From assembly GCA_033764015.1 (NCBI GenBank), contig JANRJK010000043.1, positions 1 to 64,000 of the forward strand: a stretch of DNA of 64,000 nt, read 5' to 3'. Positions 30,232 through 39,754 of the stretch are shown piece after piece. The position numbers and the translations under genes were made by a program. The notes beneath the pieces were generated by a model. That model saw nothing but the letters and a program-made list of their open reading frames with translations. It searched no databases and was not told the DNA's origin. Source of the DNA: Candidatus Sumerlaeia bacterium. GTDB taxonomy: Bacteria > Sumerlaeota > Sumerlaeia > SLMS01 > JANRJK01. Within the stretch, counting starts at the first letter, position 1. The number at the start of each line of letters is the position of its first letter.

Positions 30232-31046
30232 TGACCGCCCTCGCCGCCCCGCACGCAACCCCCGGCACGCAGGAACAGAAGCACGTCTCCGAGCCGCCCC
30301 TGCTGCGGGTGGACAAGCTCGACTTCTACTACGGCGAGAAGCAGGCGCTCTTCGGCATCGAACTGGACATCCACCAGGGCGAAGTCCACGCGATGATCGG
30401 ACCGTCGGGCTGCGGCAAGTCCACGCTGATCAAGTGCTTCAACCGGATCGCCGAACTGAACCCGATCGTGCGCACGCAGGGCCGCATCCTCTTCCGCGGG
30501 CGCGACATCCTGGCGCCGGGCGAGGACCTCATCACGCTGCGCACGCAGATCGGCATGGTCTTCCAGCGCCCGAACCCATTCCCCAAGTCGATCTACGAGA
30601 ATATCGCCTACGGACTGCGGCTGCACGGCGTGAAGGACAAGGCGACCATCGACGACGTGGTTGAATGGTCGCTGCGCCGCTCCGCGCTCTGGGGGGAGGT
30701 TCACAACCGGCTCAAATCGAGCGCCCTCGCCCTCTCGGGCGGCCAGCAGCAGCGCCTCTGCATCGCCCGCGCCCTCGCCGTTCAGCCCGATGTGCTGCTC
30801 ATGGACGAGCCCTGCTCGGCGCTCGACCCCATCGCCACGGCCCGCATCGAGGAATTGATCATCGAGCTGAAGTATTCCTACACGATCGTCATCGTCACGC
30901 ACAACATGCAGCAGGCGGTCCGCGTCTCCAGCAAGACGACGTTCCTCTACCTTGGGGAGATCATCGAGACCGGCGATACGAAGCAGGTCTTCAACGCGCC
31001 GGTCCACAAGCGCACGAAGGACTACGTGGCCGGCGAGTTCAGCTAG
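30231..31046 (+). CDS. pstB: Phosphate ABC transporter ATP-binding protein
   Basis: [39 protein letters not shown] and [12 protein letters not shown] overlaps pstA stop. Confidence 0.97.
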   Translation: MTALAAPHATPGTQEQKHVSEPPLLRVDKLDFYYGEKQALFGIELDIHQGEVHAMIGPSGCGKSTLIKCFNRIAELNPIVRTQGRILFRGRDILAPGEDLITLRTQIGMVFQRPNPFPKSIYENIAYGLRLHGVKDKATIDDVVEWSLRRSALWGEVHNRLKSSALALSGGQQQRLCIARALAVQPDVLLMDEPCSALDPIATARIEELIIELKYSYTIVIVTHNMQQAVRVSSKTTFLYLGEIIETGDTKQVFNAPVHKRTKDYVAGEFS

Positions 31047-31133
31047 CCCCGCCGCAGGCCAGCGCTTGCCCTTGCTCGCCCGCAGCCAAGCTCCGAATCT
31101 TCCCGCTTCGAGCGCGAGGCGCCGTCCGCGACC

Positions 31134-34100
31134 ATGTGGCAGTTGCTGAATCCAAACTGGTGGGTTCCCCCCGAGGTCATCGCCATGGGCTGGTGGCTCG
31201 CCTGTGCCGTGGCGGGCTCCCTGCTCTGGCCCCTCACGCTGCGGCTGTTCCGCGGATTGGCGGAGGACGGGTCTGCGCTCGCGGTCCCCTTCGCACTGGT
31301 CATTTGGGCGTTCGCATCCTGGAGCGTCGCGCACCCGTGGGGCGGTCCCGAGGACGTCGGCCTGCTCTGGCGGGTGCTGCTGCTCGGCGGAGCGGCGTTC
31401 TGGGGACTGGTGCTCATCGCATTCGAAGGCCCGCTCCGGCCCGCGGCGCGCCACTGGACCGGACCCGCCCTGCTAGTGGTTCTCGGCGTCCTCGCGCTCC
31501 CGCTACAGTCCGACTCCGCCTGGGGCGTCCTGCTAGCGCTGGCGGCGGCGGGGCTCTGGGCGTGGCGTGGCGAGTACCCCGCGCTCCGTCGCCGGATGCG
31601 TCGCGGCGCGGTTCCCTTCGTGGTCGGCCAGCTACTCTTCCTCCTCGGCTTCCTATTCTTTTGCGGCGTCCGCAGCCACCTCCCCGCGGTGACGTTTGTG
31701 CTGGCGGACTACCCGGCGGAAAAGCTCGGCAACATGACCCACTTGTCGAGCGTGCTCCGCTCCGGCTGGATGCCGCCGCAGGACGCATGGTTCGGCGGCT
31801 ATCCGACCAACTACTACTACGGCGGGCACTATCTGGTGGCGCTGCTGGCCAAGGCGGTCGGCGCGCACCCGGCCGTCGCGTTCAACCTCGGGCTCGCGAC
31901 GGTCTTCTCCGCGACCCTGACCGGCGCGACGGCGCTTGGGTGGAGCGCAGCGGCCTTCGCGCGCCGCCGCCCAAGGGTCGCGCTCCGCGGACCGTTCGCG
32001 ATGCCCCGCGGACTCGGCTTCGCCCTCTTCGGGGGCGTGGCCACCGCCCTCTTCGGCAACCTCGACGCGGTGCAGCAGGTGCTCACCCGCGCGGAGGGCT
32101 CCGTGCCGCACGCCTACTGGATCGACTTCTGGCGGTCGAGCCGCGCGATCAAGGGAACGCCGCAGTTCTCCACCGAGATCGGCACGATCACCGAGTTTCC
32201 CTACTTCTCCGCCATCCTCGGCGACCTGCACCCGCATCACATGGCGCTGCTTTGGACGATCCCGGCGCTCGCGTCGTGCCTGCTGCTGTGGCGTCTCGCC
32301 AGCGCGCTGCGCCCCCGGACCGAGGGAGCCTACGCCCTCGCCGCGGTGCGCCCCCTCCTGCTGATGGCGTTCTTCATCGGCGCGGTGTTTCCGGTGAACA
32401 TCTGGGATTCCATCGTGCTTTCCTTCGTCTTCCTGCTATTCATGTGGCAGTCTCGCCGCACCGTGCAGGCGTCGCCGCTCTGGAACCAAGCCGCCTACGC
32501 GCTGGTCGCCGGAGCGCTCGCCTGGCTCGGCGCGCTGCTGCTGAACGGCGGGGGAGCCTCCGCGCTCGCCTCGCCCGCGCAGTTCGCTATCGCGGTTGTC
32601 GTGCTCCTCTTCGTGCCGTTTTACACTGCCTTCTTCCTGCCCGCGGCGCCGCGCTGGGCGGGCCACGCCGCCGCTTGGACCGTCGCCGGGCTGCTCATGA
32701 TTTCGGGCGGGATCCTGGGGGCGGCGTCCTCGGGCGCGCCACCCCAGCTCGGCTCCGGCGCGCGCGACGCGGCTCTGCTGCTAGGGGCGGCGGCGATCGC
32801 CGCTCTGGTTATCCTCCAAGGCGGGGCATGGGTCGCCCGCTTCGCCTCCGTCTTCGGCGTCTACGGAGTCGTCGGGGGCCTCGCGCTCGCCGTCTGCACG
32901 CCCTTCCGCTACTTGTTCCGGTCGCCGCTTGGGTCCGGTGAGCCGCTGCTCGGCGCGAAGTTCCCGCCGTACCTGAATCCATACTACACCCAGAACTCCG
33001 GCGTCAGCTTCCTCGAAGGCGCTCCCTTCGGCATCCTGCCGAAGCAGCTCCAGACCACCGTGGCGGAGTTCGGCGTTCATTGGGGGCTGCTACTCGCGCT
33101 TCCCGCGCTGGCGCTTTACTCGCTGGGTGCGGCTTTGGGTCCGCGGGGGCGCCGTCTGGCTGCGGTCGCCCTGGGAGCAGCGGTTGCGGCCTTCGTGCGG
33201 ATCAACTCCGAAACATGGGTGCTGCCGCTAACGAGCGGCGCCACCGTGGCCGCACTGCTTGTGCTGCCCGCATCCCAAGGCGCCGGCCGCCTGTTGCTCC
33301 TGCTGGGAGCGCCTTTCCTCTTCTGGACAGCGTGGTGCGAAGCCTTCTTCATCAACGACACCATGACCGGCGACCTGGAGCGCTACAACACCCTGTTCAA
33401 GATCTACTACCCGCTTTGGCCGCTGCTGGGCGCCGCCGGCGCGGCGTCGCTCGCCGCGCTCATGGACACGCCGAAGCGCGCGCAGGCGCTCTTCCTCGCG
33501 GGTGCGGTCGCCGGCCTCGGCTTCGCCTATCCGCTGCTCGCCACCGCGACGCGCACGAACGTCCTCGGCGAATACGCCAAGCGACACTTCGACGGCGGCG
33601 GAGACTCTTGGGGCGGGTTCAATGAAGACCGCACGCCCGAGCACTACACCACGCGCACGCTCGACGGCTCCGCGTGGCTCGACCAGGACCGCAACTATGT
33701 AGGCGACCGGGGCGCGATCGAGTGGCTTCGCGCCAACGCTGAGCCGGGCGCGCGCCTGCTCGAAGCGCCGAGCCCCCAGGGCTACTCCGGCGCCGGGCGC
33801 ATCGCGGCGTTCTCCGGCGTTCCGAGTGTCGTCGGCTGGATCAACCACGAGAACCAATGGCGGGGCTGGAGCGTCCCCGCCCCGTTCGACATGCAGCGGC
33901 GGTACTTCGCCCCGGTCGCGCCGAGGCTCGAGTCGCTGGAGCCGATGCTCAACGGGCTCGATGGACTGCGGCCGCTCTCCACGCAGGAGGAGCGCGAGGC
34001 GTACCGGCTTTCGCTGGCCGCGCCCGCGGAGTTCGACGACTTCCTCCGCGGCGTCTTCCCCGAGTCGGACCCGGAGACGCTGGTGATCGTGAAGCAGCGC

Positions 34101-34373
34101 ATCGAGGCCGCCCGCAACCGCGGGTTCGTGCACGCCACGCTGATCGAGCGGCTGAACGCCTGGCTCGACGACATCTGGCGCGCGCCGAGGCTTTCCGACG
34201 CAACGCTGGAGCGGCTCCGGTTCCTCGGCGTCCGCTACGTGGTCGTCGGCAGCATCGAGCGCGAGATGTATCCCCCCGAATCCATCGCAAAGTTCAGCTC
34301 GCTTGAGACAGTCTACGAAGATGGCGAGACGCGGATCCACCGCGTACCCGTGGACGTGGAGGCAGCGCCGTGA
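31134..34373 (+). CDS. DUF2298 / Chlor_Arch_YYY-type multi-TM membrane protein (GT-C-like)
   Basis: EK.........., PP.D.WF.G...NYYY.GH, WRSSR.I, ITEFPYFS...GDLHPH, R.NT.FK.Y and GW..HE.QWR motifs; many TM helices. Confidence 0.85.
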   Translation: MWQLLNPNWWVPPEVIAMGWWLACAVAGSLLWPLTLRLFRGLAEDGSALAVPFALVIWAFASWSVAHPWGGPEDVGLLWRVLLLGGAAFWGLVLIAFEGPLRPAARHWTGPALLVVLGVLALPLQSDSAWGVLLALAAAGLWAWRGEYPALRRRMRRGAVPFVVGQLLFLLGFLFFCGVRSHLPAVTFVLADYPAEKLGNMTHLSSVLRSGWMPPQDAWFGGYPTNYYYGGHYLVALLAKAVGAHPAVAFNLGLATVFSATLTGATALGWSAAAFARRRPRVALRGPFAMPRGLGFALFGGVATALFGNLDAVQQVLTRAEGSVPHAYWIDFWRSSRAIKGTPQFSTEIGTITEFPYFSAILGDLHPHHMALLWTIPALASCLLLWRLASALRPRTEGAYALAAVRPLLLMAFFIGAVFPVNIWDSIVLSFVFLLFMWQSRRTVQASPLWNQAAYALVAGALAWLGALLLNGGGASALASPAQFAIAVVVLLFVPFYTAFFLPAAPRWAGHAAAWTVAGLLMISGGILGAASSGAPPQLGSGARDAALLLGAAAIAALVILQGGAWVARFASVFGVYGVVGGLALAVCTPFRYLFRSPLGSGEPLLGAKFPPYLNPYYTQNSGVSFLEGAPFGILPKQLQTTVAEFGVHWGLLLALPALALYSLGAALGPRGRRLAAVALGAAVAAFVRINSETWVLPLTSGATVAALLVLPASQGAGRLLLLLGAPFLFWTAWCEAFFINDTMTGDLERYNTLFKIYYPLWPLLGAAGAASLAALMDTPKRAQALFLAGAVAGLGFAYPLLATATRTNVLGEYAKRHFDGGGDSWGGFNEDRTPEHYTTRTLDGSAWLDQDRNYVGDRGAIEWLRANAEPGARLLEAPSPQGYSGAGRIAAFSGVPSVVGWINHENQWRGWSVPAPFDMQRRYFAPVAPRLESLEPMLNGLDGLRPLSTQEEREAYRLSLAAPAEFDDFLRGVFPESDPETLVIVKQRIEAARNRGFVHATLIERLNAWLDDIWRAPRLSDATLERLRFLGVRYVVVGSIEREMYPPESIAKFSSLETVYEDGETRIHRVPVDVEAAP

Positions 34374-36970
34374 GGGAACCGGAGAGGCTTCTCGGCCGGC
34401 CGCCGGGCATGCGCCACCTGCTCTTCGCCGCCCTGCTGGCGGTTTGCGCGCTGCTGCGGCTGCTTCACCTCGGCGAGCGCCCCATCATGCACGACGAGGC
34501 GCTCTTCACGTTCTACGCCTTCGAGCAGATCTACGAGAACCTCGACTACCGGTACCTTCCGATCCTGCACGGGCCGCTGCACCTCCTGGTGCAAGCGGGC
34601 TTCTGGCATGTCTTCACGGACACGGACTACACGATGCGGCTGCCGATGGCGCTCTTCGGGATCGGTGGCTTCTTCTGGATCTGGTCGCTGCGCCGCTGGC
34701 TCGGCGAGGTCGGGACCTGGGTTTCGCTCGCGTTCTACTCGCTGTCCCCGGGGCTGGTGTTCTTCGCGCGCTTCTTCCGCGAGGACGGCGTCTTCGTCTT
34801 CCTCGCCCTTTGGATCGTCGCGAGCGGCGCGCACTGGTGGCACACGCGGCGCCCCTCGTGGCTCGCGAGCTTCCTCGTCGCGAACACGCTGCTCTTCTGC
34901 AACAAGGAGAGCTCGCTCTTCGTCTATTTCAGCGTGGTCACGTTCTTCGTGCTCCTCGTGCTCGGCGATGGCGCCCAGTACCTGTTCGAGCGGCGCAGCC
35001 ACACCGCCGCCGTGCTGGCCGCCTGCGACGACACGCCGCGGATGCCGGCCCCGTGGATCGGCGCCGCGATGCTGTTCACCTTCGTCACGTTGTGCCTGAC
35101 CCGGATCTTCGAAGGCATCACCTACGACAGCGACGTCCAGGCGGCGATCGGCCACGACTTCGTCCTTCGCGATGTGCGCTCCATCCCGCTCGCGCTGGGA
35201 TGGATGCCGGACCTCGATCCCTCCGTCGCCGGCGCCCTCGGGACGGGGGCGTTCTGGCGCGTGTTCTATCTGGCGCTGGCGCTCGGCTGCCTCGGATTCT
35301 TCGCGCTGCTCCGCGCCGCCGTCGACCGCCGGTGGGGGCACCGCGGCGTGCTCGAGTCGTGGTGGGCGATGGCCTACGAGGCGCGCTGGGTGCTGATCGG
35401 GGTCCTCCCGCTGTGCGGCGCGCTCTACCTCGCGATCTTCACAACGCTTTTCCAGAACCCCCTCGGCTTCTTCGAGATTTATAAGCAGACGTGGGCCTAC
35501 TGGGGCGGCCAGCACGAGTGGGGGCGCATCGGCGGACCGTTCCACCTGCACAGCGTGAACCTTCTGGTGTACGAGCTGCCGGTCGTGCTGCTCGTGGTGG
35601 GCGGGTGGGTCTACTCGCTCTGGCGGCTGCGCTGGACGCGCACCACGGCGCTGGCGTTCCTTCTCGTCGCGGTCGCCGCCGCGGCCTTCCACAAGGTCAC
35701 GTTCAGCGGCCTCCAGGCGTTGCCGCCGCTCGAGAACGGCGTCCAACTCCTCGAACCGCAGGGACTTGGCATCCGCTACTTCATCTACCTGATCGCGGGC
35801 TGCGCGGCGGCCTGGATCGTCGTCACCGCGTTCCCTTCGTCGGGCCGCGCGGTGGGCCCGCTCTGGATGCTCGGCCTCGCGGGGTTCTCGATCCTCTACT
35901 TCGCGCAAGGCTTCTGGCGCGATTTCCTCGCTTCGCCGCTCTACAAGGGTGGCGAGCCTGTTCGCCTCAGCAACCGGCACGTGGACGGCGCCGGTTACCT
36001 CGAGGTCACGCTGAACATGGACGGCGGCTGGAACCTCGCCTACGTGATGGTGCTGGTCTTCTTCGCGGCGCTGGTGGCGTGGCGCGAAATCGAGCGCGGC
36101 CGCGCCTTCCACGGCTTCCTCACCTGGTGGGCCGTGACGTCGCTGGGCGCGGCGAGCTACGCGCGCGAAGCGGTGCCGCAGGTCGGCATCCACGCCGCGC
36201 TGCCCGCGATCCTCGTGGCCGGCGTGTACGCCCAGCGCTTCTGGGACTCGCCGCGATTCGTCCCGTGGCGCGGCGCCGCCGCGGCGTTCCTCGCGCTGTC
36301 GCTCCTCTGGAACACGAAGTCCACCGTGCAGCTCAACTTCAAGTGGGGCGGCGACGCGCGCGAGCGCATGGCCTACTCGCCCACCGGGCCGGAGCTGCGC
36401 GCCCACGCCCGCGAGGTCGTTGACTATGTCAACAAGAGCGGCTGGCGCCGCGGGATCGTCCCGCATCCCGCCACCGGGACCGAGATGGAGCAGTGGATCG
36501 CCTTCTACAACGACCCGGGGCGCCAACGGGAGCCGCGCGTCCTCGTCACCGCCGAGACCGCCATCTGGCAGCTCCGGTGGTATCTCCGCGACATCGGCTT
36601 CGAGGAGTTCGTCCCCGTCCAGCAGGCGGTCGATCTGGACTACGACTTCCTCTTCATCGACCCGGGGCAGGAGGACGCCGTCCCGGGGCTGCGCGAGAAG
36701 TACCACGTCACCTATGGCCGGGGGCGCGTCTTCTGGACGCCGGACGCGGTCTCGGTGCCAGTGCTGCTCGACATCTGGCTGGCGACGATCCCCAAGCAGT
36801 ACGCGGCATCCGGGACCGACGTGGATCTGCGCCTCGCCGAGTCGAAGTCCCAATGGAGCCTCATCCTCCGCTACTTCGCGTTCCGCGAGGTGTTCGACGG
36901 GCCGGGCCGCCCCTACCCCGCGGTGTCGGCGGGCTACTACGTGTTCTGCCGGCGCAAGGACCTGCCCTAG
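34370..36970 (+). CDS. TIGR03663-like (Agl23-related) PMT-type GT-C membrane protein
   Basis: LRL..LG.RP..HDEA, Y.Y.PILHGP, RF.RED, KE and YW.GQH...RIGGP motifs; GTG start overlaps upstream TGA. Confidence 0.8.
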   Translation: MREPERLLGRPPGMRHLLFAALLAVCALLRLLHLGERPIMHDEALFTFYAFEQIYENLDYRYLPILHGPLHLLVQAGFWHVFTDTDYTMRLPMALFGIGGFFWIWSLRRWLGEVGTWVSLAFYSLSPGLVFFARFFREDGVFVFLALWIVASGAHWWHTRRPSWLASFLVANTLLFCNKESSLFVYFSVVTFFVLLVLGDGAQYLFERRSHTAAVLAACDDTPRMPAPWIGAAMLFTFVTLCLTRIFEGITYDSDVQAAIGHDFVLRDVRSIPLALGWMPDLDPSVAGALGTGAFWRVFYLALALGCLGFFALLRAAVDRRWGHRGVLESWWAMAYEARWVLIGVLPLCGALYLAIFTTLFQNPLGFFEIYKQTWAYWGGQHEWGRIGGPFHLHSVNLLVYELPVVLLVVGGWVYSLWRLRWTRTTALAFLLVAVAAAAFHKVTFSGLQALPPLENGVQLLEPQGLGIRYFIYLIAGCAAAWIVVTAFPSSGRAVGPLWMLGLAGFSILYFAQGFWRDFLASPLYKGGEPVRLSNRHVDGAGYLEVTLNMDGGWNLAYVMVLVFFAALVAWREIERGRAFHGFLTWWAVTSLGAASYAREAVPQVGIHAALPAILVAGVYAQRFWDSPRFVPWRGAAAAFLALSLLWNTKSTVQLNFKWGGDARERMAYSPTGPELRAHAREVVDYVNKSGWRRGIVPHPATGTEMEQWIAFYNDPGRQREPRVLVTAETAIWQLRWYLRDIGFEEFVPVQQAVDLDYDFLFIDPGQEDAVPGLREKYHVTYGRGRVFWTPDAVSVPVLLDIWLATIPKQYAASGTDVDLRLAESKSQWSLILRYFAFREVFDGPGRPYPAVSAGYYVFCRRKDLP

Positions 36971-36976
36971 CCCGCG

Positions 36977-38044
36977 ATGGCGCTCACCGTCGGGTACGAC
37001 GCGTCCGCCTCGCTTGGCGCGCGCACGGGAATAGGGCGTTACACGTTGGAGCTGCTGCGGGCGCTGGTCGCGCTGCGCGAGCCGGACGTGGAGTTCGTCG
37101 TGCTGCTCAACTCGCTCCGCCGCGAGCCCGGCCCCGAGCACCGCTTCCTCTTCGAGACCCCCGGAGTGCGGGTCGTGCGGCGGCGCCTCCCCGGGCCGGC
37201 GATCGTCCGCGGGTGGGCCGACTGCGGGTTGCCCACGTGGGAGCGGCTCGCGGGCGTGGCCTGCGATGTGGTGCACGGACCCGCCGGTTACCTGCCGCCG
37301 ACACGCGCGCCGCTCGTCGCGACGGTGCACGACCTTTCGTTCCTCCGCGAGCCGGAAGGCTCGTCGGGCGCCCTCGCGGGCGAGCTGTTCCGGCGGCACT
37401 GGCCACGGAGGCTCCCGCAGGCGGCGGCGGTCGTCACGCCCTCGCGCTTCGTGGCGGAGGACATCGCGGCGGCGTATCCGCGGCTCGACCCGTCGCGCAT
37501 CCACGCCATCGCGCACGGCGCGGACCACCTGCCGCCGGCATCCCCCCAGCCACCCGCGCCGGGCCCCTACGCGCTCGCCGTCGCGGGGGCGGAGCCCCGC
37601 AAGCGCACGGAGCTGCTGCTGTCCCTGTGGCGGGACCACGGCGCCGGCCTGCCGCCGCTGCACATCGCGGGAGTCGCGCCGCGGCCCGAATCGCCTCCCG
37701 GGGTCCAATTCCTTCCGCGGCTCGGCGACGGCGAGCTGGCGACGTGGTACGCGCACGCGGCGGTGCTGGTGATGACGACGCGGGAGGAAGGCTTCGGGCT
37801 TCCGCTCCTCGAAGCCGCCCGCCACGGCGTGAGGACGGTGTGCGGGCGGCACAGTTCTCTCGCGGAGATCGGCCCGGGAATGGCAGTTTTCGTGTCGGAG
37901 GATTCCGCGGGGGGCTTCGCGGAGGCCATCCGCCGCGCGCTGGCCGCGCCGCGGGACGGTTCCGTCGAGCGCGCCGCCGCCCCGTTCACCTGGGCGGAGG
38001 CCGCGCGCCGAACGCTCGCGGTCTACAGGTCGGCGGCGGTTTGA
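36977..38044 (+). CDS. Glycosyltransferase family 4
   Basis: TGIGRY, TVHDL, EPRK and EGFGLPLLEA motifs. Confidence 0.9.
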   Translation: MALTVGYDASASLGARTGIGRYTLELLRALVALREPDVEFVVLLNSLRREPGPEHRFLFETPGVRVVRRRLPGPAIVRGWADCGLPTWERLAGVACDVVHGPAGYLPPTRAPLVATVHDLSFLREPEGSSGALAGELFRRHWPRRLPQAAAVVTPSRFVAEDIAAAYPRLDPSRIHAIAHGADHLPPASPQPPAPGPYALAVAGAEPRKRTELLLSLWRDHGAGLPPLHIAGVAPRPESPPGVQFLPRLGDGELATWYAHAAVLVMTTREEGFGLPLLEAARHGVRTVCGRHSSLAEIGPGMAVFVSEDSAGGFAEAIRRALAAPRDGSVERAAAPFTWAEAARRTLAVYRSAAV

Positions 38045-38123
38045 CGAGCCTCAAGACTTGCTTGCCGCAACGGGCCCCCGCGCCCTCTGATCTCGCCAGA
38101 GAACATCCGGAAGCGAAGCCCCC

Positions 38124-39746
38124 ATGCAGCGCCCCCTAGTCGGTGTGATCGTCGGAAGCAGGTCTGACTTCAACGTGATGCGCCGCGGGCTCGAGACGCT
38201 TCGAGTCATGGGGATTCCGTACGTGTTCGAGGTCGCCTCGCCGCACCGCAACCCGGAGCGCGTGGCGCGGTTCGCCTCCTCCGCCGGCGAGCGCGGACTC
38301 GAGGTCCTGATCGCGGGCGCCGGCGGCAACGGCCAGCTCCCCGGCACGCTCGCCTGCTACACCACGCTCCCCGTGATCGGCGTCCCGGTGGACGCCACTC
38401 CGATGCGCGGCGAGGACGCGCTCCTTGGCATCGTCCAGATGCCCCCCGGCACGCCGGTGGCCACCGTGGGCATCAACCAATCCGAGAACGCCGCGATCCT
38501 CGCCGTCCAGATCCTCGCGCTGAAGCACGCCCGCTTCCGCGAGGTCCTCGCGCACCGCCGCATGAACGCGGTGCAGAAGCTCGACAAGCTCCGCCACGAC
38601 CTGCAAACCGAGTACCCCGACCTGACGGATCCGAACCAGACCAGCCCGCTGCGCCTTGTTTCCGGCGACGAGCCCGACACGGATCCCGGCAACGCGACGG
38701 AGGAAGCGACCCCGGAACCGCCGGAGGACCGATCCGACCGCATCCGCCCGGGGGCCGTGCTCACGGACCGTGGCGTGAAGCGGATGGACCCCGCGCACCT
38801 GGTCCGCACGCCGATGCCGCAGGAGCCCGCCTCCGCCGCGTCGCAGAACGCCACCGAAGACAAGACGCCGGAAGTCCCCGCACTCCGCACCCGCAGCGGC
38901 GGCAAGTCCGAGGCCGAGCAGGACACGCTCGACGGCCCCCCGCCCCCCGACACCCGGCAGGTCAAGAAGCTCGCGAAGGCGCAGCCGGAGCGTCCCCAGG
39001 CGAGCCTGTCACCGGAGACTCCGGCCGGCGTGATGGAGCGCCTCCTCGAACGCGAACCCCCTGCCCCACCGGGAGACTTCGTCGAGGTTCCCGACGATGT
39101 GGACACCCGCGTCTTCAAGGTGGATGCGAACGCGCCGGACGTGAACGTCCTCGAGCACGCCATGCTCGTGATCCTCGAGGGGGGAATCGTCGCGATTCCG
39201 ACCGACACGGTCTACGGCCTCGCCGCCGACGCGACCAACCCGACGGCGGTGGCGCGGCTGCTCTCGCTCAAGGGGCGCGACCCCTCGCGCAAGAGCCTCT
39301 CGCTGCTGGTCGGCGACGTCTCCGCGCTCGACACGCTGGTGAACGAAGTGCCCGGCCCGCTGGAGCGGGTGCTCGACGAATTCTGGCCCGGCGGCCTGAC
39401 GGTGCTCTTCGAGCGCCGCCCGACGGTGCTCGCGGACGTGACCGAGTCGCGCTCCATCGGCATCCGCGTTCCCGCCGATCCGGTGGCGCTGCAACTGCTG
39501 CAGATGGTCACGCGTCCGCTCGCGGTCATCAACACGGCGATGGGGCGCGGCGGCGCGGCGACCACCCCGGAGGACGTGCTCGCGCGCTTCTCCGGGCGCA
39601 TCGAGTGCGTCATCGACGCCGGAAAGTGCAAGGAGGGCGGCACCAGCACGGTCCTCTCCGTGCTCACGGAGCCTTTCGAAATCCTCCGCGAGGGCAGTGT
39701 GCCGCGCAGCGAGCTCGCCAGCATCCTGCAGGACCGCCTCAAGTAG
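38124..39746 (+). CDS. purE: PurE (N5-CAIR mutase) fused to a TsaC/YrdC-like domain
   Basis: N-terminal GS.SD, SPHR, PVIGVP and VQMP.G.PVATV (PurE); ~160-aa Pro/Glu linker; C-terminal PTDTVYGL, KGR, WPG.LT, GIRVP and ILREG (Sua5/YrdC). Confidence 0.85.
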   Translation: MQRPLVGVIVGSRSDFNVMRRGLETLRVMGIPYVFEVASPHRNPERVARFASSAGERGLEVLIAGAGGNGQLPGTLACYTTLPVIGVPVDATPMRGEDALLGIVQMPPGTPVATVGINQSENAAILAVQILALKHARFREVLAHRRMNAVQKLDKLRHDLQTEYPDLTDPNQTSPLRLVSGDEPDTDPGNATEEATPEPPEDRSDRIRPGAVLTDRGVKRMDPAHLVRTPMPQEPASAASQNATEDKTPEVPALRTRSGGKSEAEQDTLDGPPPPDTRQVKKLAKAQPERPQASLSPETPAGVMERLLEREPPAPPGDFVEVPDDVDTRVFKVDANAPDVNVLEHAMLVILEGGIVAIPTDTVYGLAADATNPTAVARLLSLKGRDPSRKSLSLLVGDVSALDTLVNEVPGPLERVLDEFWPGGLTVLFERRPTVLADVTESRSIGIRVPADPVALQLLQMVTRPLAVINTAMGRGGAATTPEDVLARFSGRIECVIDAGKCKEGGTSTVLSVLTEPFEILREGSVPRSELASILQDRLK

Positions 39747-39754
39747 CGACCGCC

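Noticed and set aside
34313..37852. 1179-aa minus-strand ORF and the many other long overlapping ORFs
   Set aside because: Arg/Gly/Ala-rich shadow frames with no motifs, opposite recognisable genes; expected at this GC content.
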